DNA of 64,000 bases from the NCBI GenBank assembly GCA_958009085.1, contig OY253668.1:1860001-1924000 (forward strand), written 5' to 3'. A program made the translations under genes and the position numbers. The stretch comes from Protoeuglena noctilucae. Its lineage: Eukaryota. Under the pieces are notes generated by a model, which did not search any database, was not told where the DNA came from, and was given only the letters and a program-made list of their open reading frames with translations. This document shows, piece after piece, positions 11,237 through 23,698 of the stretch (the stretch's first letter is position 1; the number at the start of each line of letters is the position of its first letter).

Positions 11237-14088
11237 TCACCGGGCCACGCCCTCACGTCTGCGGAGCTTGCCTTGCCGGTCGGGGTTGGCGGGTGGCGTG
11301 CGGACCACTTGGTCGGCTTGTGGGGCGGAGCTGATGCCCCCCACGGCCGCCTCTGCCACCTGCGCCGCCTCTGAGCTGATGACCAGGTACCCTCCCACTA
11401 AGTCGCTCCGAGCCGCATTGTCACCGCAGCACGCCACCGCCAGCGCCGCCCCCAGCACCGCCCCGTCCTCGCAGACCGTCAGGCGCACGCGCCGCGCCTG
11501 CTGAGGGCCCAGCACCATGCGCAGGCCGGCCATGAAGGCCCTCCTGCGAGCCGAGAGGAACAGTGGGGTACATGGCTAAGTTCTAAGGCTCCAAGCGAGT
11601 ACTCAACCGGTCACTACATGCGTCTCAAGGTCGCTTTCACCGCCGCATCAGCAATGCGGCATGGCCACCCACGAACGCGCCGTCATTCACCTGAACCGCT
11701 CGTTGTACCGAATCAGGGACCCCTCCGCCCCCACCAGCACCTCCCCCTCCCCCTTGAGCGCCTCGGTCTGCTCAATCGCCGCCGCCACCGCCGCTGCCCC
11801 CAGCCGCCCCGCCCGCTCCAGCACCAACTGGCAGATGCGCTGCACGTGCGGCCTGGGGCGAGGGAGACGCTCGATATGACGTAATTCACTCAAAGTAAGG
11901 CACCAGGTACTACAATCAGTCGCACGGATCCCACGTATGGAATCACAACCCATGGCAATTATCGCTGTTGCTTCCGCTGCCGCAACGTGCATTACACTCA
12001 GCCTAACCCTGGTCCCACCTCTCACCGCATGAATTTGGGCATCTCCGCCCCGAAGCTCTCCTGCACCTGCCCCGCCACCTCCGCCAGCTCCTCCGTCACG
12101 TCCGCGGCCATGCGCCCCACGTGGGCGGACGTCAAAAGATCCCTGCCGCTCTCCAGGCGCACAGGTACCTCCCACCGAGGCATCTCCTGGGGCCGGAGGG
12201 TCAAATTAAGATCACTTTCACGACAGGTCGAGCGACACGGAGCAGACCGGGGCACATGTAGTACTACACAGTGGAGCCACTGTGGCGCAGAGGCGCGGCA
12301 AGTACAGACTTGCCGTCCCATCACAATGACGGCATGCAACGAGGCCCTGCTCACCGCGGCAGCTGCCCTCCACATGCGGTGGATCAAGCGCCGCGCGACC
12401 TCCCCCAGGTGCATGCCGGAAATGAGCTTCTCGAAACGCCCCGTGCCGTGGTTGTGCGACGCCTCGTCCACGCGCGCGTCCTCTTGGACGGTGGGCAGGC
12501 AGTCGTGCCTGGGAAGGGAAACGAGGCTGGACATGATGCAGTCACGATGGTGGGGCTAACCCCGACGCTCACCGGTGGTGCAGCTTTTCTTCCACCACAC
12601 GCTGGGTTGTTGCCGCGACACAGCCTGCACGGCTCTGCTACCACCCGCACCCCGCCCACAGCCTCACCAAAAGTCAGCCCACTCTAGGCTGACAGACACC
12701 ACATTCAAAGCCTCACCAAAAGTTGGCCCACTCTGCGTTGATGAGCATCTCTTGGCCCCCACGGTATCCCTTCAGCTTCTTAATGCGGTCCGCCTGTTCC
12801 ACGTACGACATGTTGGTGCCCGTGCCGAAGATGGCCGCCACCTTCGTGGGCCCGTGGCAGTACTGGGAGCTGAGCAGCGGCGTGAGGGCGTTGTTCAGAA
12901 TAACCTCCACCTGCGGTCCGGGAAGAGCGACCGGCTCCGTCGCCCTGGTGTCGCACGCGGCAACTGCAATGCCACAATGGCTGCGCACACTGCCGCATAC
13001 ATCATGTCCACCCAGGCCCACTCGACCCTGCCCAACTCCGCCCCACCAAACTGCGCCCCATGCGGCCCCACTTGCCTTGGCGGACGTGCCTGAGTCGTCC
13101 AGAGCCCGCTGCAGCATCTGCACCGCGTCCTGCCCGACGGCCCCGGAACACTTGTACCCCTTGGTCCAGTAGAGGAGCTCCCCCGAGTGGCAGTCCTGCT
13201 GGCGCATCGGGAAGCTGAAGCTGAACCCCACCCGCGCCACCTCCGTCGGATCCCCGTGTCGCTCAATCATCTTGGACAACTGGAGGGCCAGGTGCGCGAA
13301 GAGGTAGCTCGCGGGGGCCAGGAGCAGGTTGCCGGGGACTGCGAAGCGACGCGAAGGGAGGACACTCGCACTGCCGCCGCGATGGATCGGGCCGCCACGC
13401 GACGCCACTGCGTCTCGGCTGCGCACCCGTGCCCTCCTCGACGACGATGCGCGACACCTCGCGGTCCCGCGGGCCCAGCTCGACCATGGCGACACGGAGG
13501 TTGGTGCCGCCGAGGTCCAGAGCGTAGTACCGGCCGCGCTCCTCTCCCGTGGGTAATCTGCGTGATTAGCCGCGCATGAACGCTCCTTACGAAGCTTCAG
13601 ATTGCCCGCTGGCGCTCCCTGGAATCCGCGTCGCGCGACTCACCGGTCCACGTAGGACGGAAGCATGTGCAGCATGGCGTCCTCCTTTTCCAGGCCCTCC
13701 CGCATCTCCCCGAGAACCTGGTCACGAACCATAATGAGCGCCTCGCGGGCGACGCGCATCACATGTTCGAGCTGCGAGAAAAGGGCCGGCGAGGTGGCAC
13801 GCAAGTTGTTGCGCGCGGGGGGGGGGCGTGGCGTCGGCGGCACCCCGGGCCCTTCATCTCGGACGTCAGTTCGAACCATGAAGCGCCAAACCGATCGCTG
13901 CCGGTCCCCCGATACGCGCGGAGGGAATGTGGCTGGGGACTGACGGGGGATCCGCGCATCCTCGCCTCGTCGACGACGCGCTTGGCCGCCCTCCGAGCTC
14001 TCAGGTAGTCGCTGACGAGAAGCGCTCCAAAGGTGGCCACCGGGGTGGCCACCATGAAGAGGACGAGCGACAGCGCGCGCCACGGCAT
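11237..14088 (-). CDS. HXK: Hexokinase-family protein with N-terminal membrane anchor; catalytic Asp absent (hexokinase-like)
   Basis: MLPSYV, ALDLGGTNLRV, GFSFSFP, WTKG, GTGTN, INAEW, FEKLISGMHLGEVAR, EDGAVLGAAL. N-terminal hydrophobic segment ALSLVLFMVATPVATFGALLV. Confidence 0.92.
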
Positions 14089-14375
14089 GACGCCCCCTGC
14101 GAATCCCGAGACTCGCGCACGTGCGTCAGCAATATCACTTCTCGAAACCTCAGCGCTTCTTGCGACAGAACTCCGCGGCAGATGTGAGCGCGGCCGTGGC
14201 AGGGAAGCTCCAGGAGGGAAGGGGAACTGAACTGGCCAGTCAGAAACACCGGGTTGCACCCGCGAAGGCGTTTCTCAACCCCTTTCGGCATCGATGCGGA
14301 TCGGTCAGATGAGACCGCGAAGGGGGACTGTGGTGCTTGGTGCTAGCGAGTCAACAGGCCGGGGCGGGAGCGAAA

Positions 14376-16207
14376 ATGAGCGAGTCCGCGGCCGGACGAT
14401 CGCCGTCCGGGCCCAATGGGTCGGGGTACGATCCGGAGGTTGCCCGGGTGAGGATGCTCTACAGCGAGGTCCCAGAGCGCTTTGAGTCCCACCAGGCATC
14501 GGCTCCGGTGGCCCATCTCGCTACCCAGCACGGCGATGCGGTGGACGGGAAGCTCTTGATAATGTCATCGACCTAGAGCTGGCGGATGCGAGCGCGACGG
14601 CGCTGCGGGCGTGTTCCTCCAGCGCCCCTTCCCCCCCACACGCCGCAGGCGGCTGCTGAGGCCATGTCCGACGAGATGGAGACGGTTAGGAGGCCCTCGC
14701 TGCCTCTGTTTGAGGATCTGATGGCGGAGGTGGCGGCTGCCAAGGTGCGCGGGCCCGCCACAGCTGCGAGCGCCGGCTTGCTGAGCACGAACGGTGGAAC
14801 CCCGGACTTGGCGACGCGGCGAGCTGAAATGATCCCGACTCGCTGCTGGCCACGAGATCCCTATGAGCACTTGCTACCATGCCAGTCGGCTGGAGAGCGA
14901 GGGGCGAGGAGCGCTTGTGTTTGGCCTTCCCCGCAGCCCGACGTAGTCGAGGGGTTCCACCTCCGCGCGCTCAAGCAGATCACGCCCAACCTGCTGATGC
15001 AGCATCAGATGGTCTTCACGAGGTGCGCCGCGTCCATCGCGGGGCACGGGGGGCACTGGCCCGGCGGCCCGGGCTTTCCGCAGTGAAACTGCAGAGCGCA
15101 CACGTGCACACCCGCAGGGTCCCTGTCCCGGTGTTCGGGGAGGCGCCTCGCACGCAGCCGCATTCCAGCTACAACTTCGGCGCCATCTTCTTGCCGAGCG
15201 CCCAGCGGCCCCAGACCATGGTCCGGGCGGACGTGGACGGGGACTTCAACAACAACTGCCGCTTTTCCTTCGACATCAAGCCGTGGCTGGTCGTCAAGGC
15301 GAGTGGAGCGGTTGGCGAACACCCTTCACCTGCGGTTGCGATCGCGATGCGATGCCCACCGCCCCCTGCTTGTGCTTCACGGTGGCCGCCCTGCACCCCC
15401 ACAGACGCAAATGCAGCTGATGAACGCGATGGGCGGCATGGGCAGGGATGACCCCAGCGGGTTCGACCTGGCGCTGCAGGCGCAGCGCGACAAGTGGAAT
15501 GCCAAGGTCTCGATTGGCACGGGGGGCATGTACCAGGCCAACGTGCTGGGGCAGGTGGGGCGCCCCTGCCCTTGCAGCCTCGCCCGGCCCCGCTCCGCTC
15601 CCGCGCCGCGCTCCGACCGCCGGCCCGGCGCCCGCAGATCACGCGCAACATTGCTCTGGGCGGGGAGGCCTTTTACTACTCGGTGCAGCGCGTCTCGGGG
15701 TACAGTTTGGGAGGGCGCGCGACGTGGGGCCCGCACACGATCGTCGGGCAGTGGCTGCCGGGGAACGGTTCCATCAATGTGTCGTGGCTGCGCAAGTACT
15801 CGGACAAGGTGCGTGGCACACCGTGGCTGTTGTGTGGCTGGCACTTGCGGCTGGCTGGCGTGCAGGGCTGGCGCGAAGGCTACCCGGCCCCGTCGCCAGG
15901 CCACGCGGGGCTCGATTGGAATGACGGTCATGTCTGACACGTTGTATGCTTGCAGGTGAACCTGTGGAGCACGCTGGAGATCAGCAAGGGCGGCGGGCGG
16001 GGCGAGGCGACGTGCACGGCGGGGTACGACGCGGCCTTCCGCCTGGCGCGGGTGCGGGGCAGCATGGACTCGCAGGGGGTCATGCGGCTGACGCTGGAGG
16101 AGAGGCTGATGCCTTCCCTCACGCTGGCGTTGTCGGCGGAGGTGGACCACGGGAGCCGGGACCACAAGTTCGGCATCGGCGTGAGCTTCGAGAACGCGCC
16201 GGCGTAA
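14376..16207 (+). CDS. TOM40: Mitochondrial import channel TOM40-like beta-barrel (divergent)
   Basis: Colinear with plant Tom40: KPDVVEGF, YNFGA, IALGGEAFY, GYDAAFRLARVRGSMDSQG...LEERL...LSAEVDH..RDHKFGIGV. Start is either 14376 or 14664. Confidence 0.85.
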
Positions 16208-16832
16208 AGGGGTCCTTTGTAGTCGGCTTTTTCAAGCGCGGGAACCCACAGCGGCTAGACGAGTCCAGCTGCGGCCCGGTTGCGCCCTTGAAGATTCTGA
16301 CATTTTGCGGCAGCCCTATTCAGTGACGCACTGCGCCGATGAGTCGGTCAGTTACTAGTGACGGACGACGACTTCGGCCTACCTTACCCGAAACTCCATC
16401 GTAGCACACCAAGACACCAAGACCAGCCATGCACGGACTTGTGACTGCTTCCACCTCGGCGGGCGTGAGGCTCCAGGTAGGTTTGCGTGGGCTTTTTTAT
16501 AGTTGCTGTCTGAGGGTGCGACTGGCCATGTGGGGATCCAAGACGGAATTCGGGGAGCGTCGATGACGGCCAGCCGACGCTTTTCCCAGTGGCACGGCGG
16601 GCCCAAGCTTTCCCTGGCCTTGCTTGACCGTCAGCGCGTTCGTATCTAATTTGATCGTGCGACAAACGAGCAGCGCATTGTCGGAGGCTCGGACGCCGGC
16701 AGGGGGCCCCCGGGCGCTTTTGCGTGATATCCCGCAGTGCAGCGCGCTGTCGAGGAGCTTGCCCGGATTCCGCTGGCACCCAACAGATTGGATTTGTATC
16801 CTGCGCGCGATGGGGCTCGGCAATTGACCCCG

Positions 16833-17257
16833 ATGGCTTCGTCGCTCCCGCGTGGCACGCAGGGCAAGAAGTTGACCGCGGCGGTGAGCAGGCCGGCGGC
16901 GGGCAGGCGGTCCGCGCCCGTCCAGGCGATGATGGGTGGGCAGGAGCCTCGCGAGCGCAAGTTCATCACCCGGGAGGAGGTGAGTCGCCTTTGCTTCGTG
17001 TAGCTGTGTTGTCCTCCAATCGTCCACGAGTGGCGCTCGCATAGTGACCCCGGCATGGCCTTGCCGACTGTCGACACCCGCGCCCCACGCAGGAGCCGGC
17101 GGACGCGTGGCTTTCGAAGGGGGAGCGCGAGGGCAAGAGCCCCTTCCAAGACCCTGTCACGCTCGTGGGCGCCACCATCTTCTTTTTCCCTTTCGTGGCG
17201 CTCCTGATCGCCCTGGCGAGCGGCGCCGTCGATTTCGAGGCAGCAAGGGCCTACTGA
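16833..17257 (+). CDS. Small plastid-targeted single-TM protein
   Basis: 2 exons: transit peptide MASSLPRG...PVQAMMGG, KFITREE / EPADAWLSKGEREGKSPFQDP, then TM VTLVGATIFFFPFVALLIALASG. Resembles a conserved green-lineage small protein (from memory). Confidence 0.75.
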
Positions 17258-17462
17258 GCGCTCGTGGAATTTGCGCCTGTCCACCCAGCGATACCTAGCG
17301 AGGACGCGGCCACGCAGCCAAGCGCGCACGCAGCGTCAGCCGCTCGCCGACCCTCCCGTTCCCCCGCCTGTTGGCCCACCCGGCACGTTTGAGGCACGTT
17401 GAGGCACGTTCTGTCCACCAGTTTTGCCAATTTTGAACTTTTTTTCCACGAGAGAAGAGAGT

Positions 17463-18943
17463 TCATCCATGCGCATGCAGCAGCCCCAGGGCCTCCAGCT
17501 CCCGCATGGCGCCTGCCTCGTCCACCCTTTCGACATCGAACTTCTGCGTAGAGTAGAAGAAAGCCTTGAGCATGCACCCATTGAGCTGCTCTGCGACGCG
17601 ACAGCCCGCGTGCTGCCCACACCGCGCTTCGCAACACACGAACCAAGCCCCCCAATCCTCACCTTGGCAAGTGGGACGTCGTCGCCTTCCTCGTACGATG
17701 CGTACGCCTTGACCTTGGAGGACAGGCGCCACCCAAAGGCCCCCTGCTTGTACACCAGCACGTTGTCGTACCCCGCGTCCCGGGCCATGGCCGCGGCCCA
17801 CACGGCGCGACGGTTGGTGCGGCACTGCATGACGACCGGCTCGGAGCGCGAGGGCCTGGGGAAGCGGTAGCGCTTCAGCCAGGCCTCCGAGGACATGTTG
17901 AGGGCCGCGGGGAGCTCCTCCACCGGGACGTGCCAGGTGCCGGGGATGGCGCCAAACAACGACCGCTCGTCGTGGCGCCGCACGTCCAGGACGGTGGCTG
18001 TCGCGTGGGCGGGGAGGGAGCCCTGCCCCAAGAGCAGCGCCAGGGCGTCGCGGTTAATGAAGCGGGGAGGGGGTGGCTCGGCGCTGCGGGGCGGGGGCGG
18101 GGTGGGGGTGCAGGCGTCGACTGCGGCACGCACCCCATCCACCCCCTGACGACGCAGCGACCCGTCATCTGCGCCGCGCCGCCATGTGCGTCACCTTTTG
18201 GATGCCCACAATGCCTCCAGACCCCCCGCCAACACCCCCAGGAGTCGGAACCCACGCCCGCTGGCCACTTGTGCTGCATGGTACATGTCCGCGTCACTGT
18301 CGGAAACAAAGACTGCGCGTGCGAAGACACTCAAAAGCGACTGTCGGCGACGCGGCCTGGGCCTGGTCGCGGCCTGGTCGGGGGCCCAGGGCATCGACGG
18401 TCGCGAGGCTTGATGCGCGCAGTGAGTCACCAAGAAAGGTGCCGTGGTCGGGGTGCGGCACGGGGCCTGCGGGCCAGCGCTTCGCGTCCACGAGCGCGTC
18501 CCCGAGCGCCGCAAGCGGCACGTGCGTCGCGCGCAGCTCCGAAGCGCTTCGCGACGTGGAGGCAGCCTCTGGCCTGCGTGCACGGCGCTCGTCGCGCTGC
18601 AGTCGAGCGCCGGGGCGCCTGCGCGCGGCCGCAGCGGGTCTGCGAAGCGCGCCGCCTTGCCTGACATCAATCACGGCGTGCCGGATGGGATCCTTCTCCT
18701 CGAGAGTGCGCAGCTGCGAGACCGAGATGGGGAACGCTGGTCGAGAGAGCAACGAGAGAGCATCGGCTCGCTGCCCTCGTTGCCAACGCAGTCTTTTCTC
18801 TCGCTCACCGCGTCCGGCGACAGGGCGGGGACGCTGCCCCGCTTCTCCGCGGCCACGGACTTGGCTGCGTCGCCCGGCCCGCTGTGCGACGTCGCGGAGC
18901 GCAGCCGGCGGATGAGCCATGCGATGCCCGCGACCACGAGCAT
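17463..18943 (-). CDS. Tandem rhodanese-domain protein with N-terminal hydrophobic segment
   Basis: Domain 1: ISVSQLRTL...VIDVR...THVPL...VFVSDS...GF..LGVLAGGLEA (no Cys). Domain 2: VLDVRRHDE...GAIPGTWHVP...VVMQCRTNRRA...AGYDNVLVYKQG..GW. The start may lie further upstream. Confidence 0.8.
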
Positions 18944-20216
18944 GGCGGTGATGGAGCCGCCCACGTTCGATACGCGGGCGAAGGTCCCCTGCGTGCGAAT
19001 TCTGCCCCGTCAGCGCTCGAAGTGAGGGAGCCCATCCCCACTCCGCTGGGGGCATCGGGGCCATGCCGCCCCTCTCGCCTGCCTCCTCTCGTCCCTCGCC
19101 ATGGCTCCCCGACGCCCGCGCACCGCAGCGTCCGCTGCCGGCCCAAGCCTCGCCCCCCCGCCTGCCCCCGCACTGTGCGAGAGAGCCCAGAGCCCAGCCT
19201 CGGGGAGCGACCGCGACGCCGCTGGACCTCGCGCAGCTGGATCGCGTGACGCGCGGGCAGCGACCACGCGAGGGCCGAGCAGAGATCCCCCTTTTACTGC
19301 CAGTCACGGCCGTGCCAGCGCCACGCGAGCGGGTGCGCGGGGAATTGGCATCCGTCCTCGCGTGGCCGGGACAGAATTCCGTCTGCGACGCGAATGCGCG
19401 AGGTGAGGGGCGGTGGCGGGCCTGCACAATCGCTTTTGGTCCTTTATTTAGGGCAGGGCCTGGAGCGACGCCGCCCTGGGCGCTCTGGGCGTTCGTGTGG
19501 CCTCCCGGCCGCGTCTTTTTTGTCCTTCTTCGCACTGGGTGCCCGGGTGCCCCAGGCTCGCGCTTGTTGGCGCAACAGGCGCGGGCGCAGGGCGAGCGTC
19601 GTGACCGTGCGTCGAGTCCCACCCCCCGGCCTCCCCGCTTCGTCTCCATGCACGGGACGGAGCGGAGGGGCAGCGCATTGCGCCGGGTGGCACGCTGCCA
19701 AACGCGGCAATGCGTGGGCTCAGACGGAGCACCGATCAGTGCGAAACTCCGCCCTCGTCTTCCTCATTGGTCCCTCTTTAGTGCGAGCAGGGCGTGGTGC
19801 CCTCCCGCGCGCTCGCAATGTGAGCTCTTTTTGGGCGAAATATCCGCCCGTGGGCTCGACGTCACGCCGGGCCCCGCGAGCTCCGCCGAGCTCGGCGTTG
19901 GTTCTATTCGCACACCTTGTCGCCGTTGCCGCCTCGGCATCCGCGGATGGGTGGCCGCGAGGGCCGGTCGGATGCCCCCCCTCCGAGTTCGTTGCCCCTC
20001 GGGAGCCTCGGCCGCGCTGGCGGGTCGAGAACCGGCCCGCGTTGCCGGGTTTTCTCGCTCGAATTCGTCGCGCGCGCGGCGAGGCGGGGCGGGCGGGGTG
20101 ATCGGGCCGATCCGAGTTTCGAATGGGACCCCGTGCATGCAGGGCCTGCAGTTAGCCCGGTTGACGACTCTCGACGCGGGCCCGGGCGGTCGTCGTGCTC
20201 GACTTCGGTAGACGAC

Positions 20217-22003
20217 ATGGAAATTCTCGCCTCGGCGTGCATGGAGGCGCTGGGGACGGAGGAGGAGCGGCTGGGACCCCGGCGTAGGGCCGCTGCAGCC
20301 GCGAGGTGGGAAGCCGCGCATCTCCCGCGCGCCGGGGCCCTTCGCCCCGAAGACGCCCGATGCGGGTAAATGACTCCCTCGTCCTTCCGTCGGCGTCGCC
20401 CGATCGCGCGATGGCCGAGGCGCGCGCGCGCCCGCGGCCCCGGAGGGTGCGCGCCAAATCCAGCCTTGCCCGCGGCCCCCGCCCGCAGGAAGGTCGTGGC
20501 GGCCGAGGCGGAGTCCTCGCCGAACTCGTTCAAGAAAGAGCGCAAGAAGGGCGTGGCGTGGACCGAGGAAGAGCACCGCCGCTTCCTCCTGGGCCTGGAG
20601 CGCCTGGGCCGGGGCGACTGGCGCGGCATCGCCAAGCACTTCGTCACCACGCGCACCCCGACGCAGGTCGCGTCGCACGCCCAGAAGCACTTTATCCGCC
20701 TCAACTCGTCCAACAAGCGCAAGAAGCGCGCCTCCCTCTTTGACATCACCGGCGTCCAGGAGCCCACGCCCCCGGCCCTGGCCACCAAGCTCGCCCAGCA
20801 CCGGCGAGTGCCCGCGAGCTCGCCGCGCGCCCGTCGTCGCGGAAGGTTGCCCTTGCCTCTCACCGCCAGGCCCCTGCCCTGCGCGCAGGTCGGACGGTTC
20901 GCACGACCCCTCGGAGCAGTCGGAACCCCCGCCCTGGGTGGCCCCCTGGGCGGGCGCGCCCCGGCGGCCGAGGAACCAGCGCATGCCGGTGGTCCCTCCG
21001 TCCGAAGACGGGATGGAGGAGGAGGACGAGGACGACGACGAGGGGCCCTCGGCGTCGGGCGGGTCGGGGCGGGGCGCCTCGCCGTCCCTGGACGAGGGCT
21101 CCCTCTCGCGCGAGCTCGACACCGTGCCCATGCGCTCCCCGGCCGCGCCCAGCACCCCGCCGCCGCTGGGCCAGGCGCTCGCGCGGCGCGAGCCGCCCCC
21201 GACCGTGCCCATGGGCCCTGCCGAGGTGCCCCAGGAGGGCTACTGGGTGTCGTACGTGCAGCAGCCGGACGGGAGCGTGGTAGCGGTGCGGGGGGTGCCC
21301 TTCATGGTGCCCGACCCCGCGGGTGGCTACCGCATGGTCGTCATGCCGTCCCCGGAGGGCCTGCCCCCGCTGGCCCCCGGCATGATGTACCACTGCTCCC
21401 TCGCGCCCCTGTCCGAGGACCCCGGGGCCAAGCCGGCCCTGTCCGTCGTGCCGTGCCCCTCGCACCTCGCCCCGGACGCGGCAACCAAGGCGAGTTTCCG
21501 CTCGGCGTGCGTGGCATGTGGCACGCCAGGTTGCGCATAGCTGCGCTTCACCAATAGTCGCCCTTGCTTCGCGCCACGCAGGTCGCGGACCCTATCGCGG
21601 CGCTGCCGTCGAGCCTGGCGATGCCGCCGCCCCCGCCGCGGGTCGCCTCGCCCCCCCAGATCCTCACGCCGGCCAAGACCGCCGCCACGCACGCCCCGCG
21701 GCTCGTGAGGCCCACCCCGGTGCTCGCCCGCCCCACGCCCATCCGGTGAGGCCCGGGAGCGAGCGGCATGAATGTTTAGCGTGGCCCACTGTCCCCGCGG
21801 GACGCATCAGCGCCCCCGTGCCCACCTGGCGCCTTCCTCTCCACCCACGCAGACTGCAACAGACAGACGTGCTGGCGTGTGCCGCGGGCGAGGGCCTCCC
21901 GCTCACGGCGCGCCTCCTGGGCCTCGGCCCGGCCAAGACCGAGGACGAGCAACACACGGACGAGGACGACGGGGTTCTGCCTGCCGTGGTTGCCTGCGTC
22001 TGA
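20217..22003 (+). CDS. MYB-related SHAQKYF-class transcription factor (single repeat)
   Basis: [55 protein letters not shown]...RASLFDI; acidic and Pro-rich C-terminal exons. Confidence 0.9.
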
Positions 22004-22706
22004 CGGGCCGCACGCCTTTTCCTGCGCGAGGCAGAGGGTATGTCTGGCATTCCTCTCGGCGATGATACCTTGGCGCCCCACGTGCTCCGCCCCGCCTGCA
22101 GCATCGACCCATGGGGTTGACCCCCGGCGCCAAACGCTGGTGCCGGGCGAGGGCCGGGGCGGGAGCCCAACACGAGACGGTCTTGTCCCGAGGCGCTCTC
22201 ACTCATTTTTCCTAGTCTTTCCTGCTTTGATAGCATTTTCTAGACACCCAACACGCCCTTCCCTACCCCGCGCCTCCCCACCGTTAGCAACTACGGTTGG
22301 CCTCTGCTTCGCTCATGCCCCTCGCTGTCTATCTACGTGCCGCCGCCCTTTCCGACTAGATGCAGCTCTCGCCGAGGCCATTGCGCCTCCTCCTAGCCTC
22401 CTCCCCTGCCATTGGCGCGTGGGTGACGTGAGGCAGGTTGGACCTTTGGGTCATCCATGCCGCTCTGCGCCGGTGGCTGACGCACGTGCCATGCACTACT
22501 GGCCGGGCCTGGGACCGGGGCGGGGCTGTTGGCCGCTCCCGGGCTCGCGCGCTGCCATCAAGCCGCCAGCGCACGGTCATTTCCTCCTGGCTGCGGTTTT
22601 CCTAACCTAGACACTGTGCCGTGTCTCCCAGTTATGCGCCATGCCCCTTTTCTGATCCTCTTGAAAATGTCGTTCGGTTTACTCGCCCGCTGGTCAAAAG
22701 AGCTCA

Positions 22707-23430
22707 CTACAAGTCTCCCAAGACGCGACGCAGCCCCGAGAAGAGGCCGCCCAGGCCCGCACCGCCCCGAGGCTCGAAGCGGGCCAGCAGCTCCGCGAAG
22801 CGCGGGTCGGAGCGGAGCGCAGCGAGGTCGGGATCCGACCGCAGCTCTTCGAAACCCTCGTATCCCGCTTGCAGGCACTGCGAGAGCATCGCCACAGCGC
22901 ATTGCTGGAGGGTGGGCGTGCGGACTGCGCAGCTGCGGCCCGGGTCTGCGTGTGAACAGGCCAGGGCTCACACTCGCCTGCGCCATCGCCTTGAGCGCAG
23001 CGTCGAGGTCGCCGAGCTGGCTGTGGCAGCACGCGATGTTGTACAGGGCCGCCTGTCGCTCCCCCGCGCTGGCTTCCGCTGGCTTGTCCTTAAAGCGCTT
23101 CAATCCCGTCCCTGGCAGCGTCAGGGACTGCTCAAAGATCGACAAGGCGCCGTTAAAGTCCTTTTCTGCGGGCCAAGGCGACAGGGAGCATTTCCCGGCG
23201 CTTGAGGCGATGAGCGCATGGTCGATTGGTGCGCGCTGCCTGTGCATTCATTCATTCTCACCTTGGCACATCGCGATTCCGACCTGAATCGCTTCGCGGG
23301 CGCTTGATGGGGCCTCCGCGGAAGCGATCACGAGCGCTCGCGCCAAGCGAGGCGGGCGGGGCAAGATTCTAGCAGATGCCCTCGCTACGGGGTAAGAAAC
23401 ACCCGCTTTCGCACTGAGCGCCATCATCAT
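22707..23430 (-). CDS. Plastid-targeted TPR protein (MET1/LPA1-like TPR module)
   Basis: Transit peptide, then AALYNIACCHSQLG...AALKAMAQ / CLQAGYEGFEELRSDPDLAALRSDPRF; 2 introns. Confidence 0.82.
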
Positions 23431-23698
23431 CGCCCTCCGGGCCCCGATGGTCTTGCTCGATGGGCTTGAAAAGCCGCAGCCGCAGAGACAGATGTGTCGT
23501 CGGAAATCGTGCAGGTGCTGTCACTGTGACAGCTTGCCTTGCACATTCAAGGGCTTGCGCACACACTGTAAGTGCCAATTGACGAATATGGGCCTCAGGC
23601 TCACAAGATGAAGGCGTCCGTCCGCTAGTCAGGGTGTCAGTCAGGGAAGTGGTTGGAACTAGACCCGCGATGCCATGCCATCGCAAGCGTCCATGTCA

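Noticed and set aside
17382..17410. GGCACGTT x3 short repeat
   Set aside because: Short 3' UTR slippage repeat with no spacers; not CRISPR-like.
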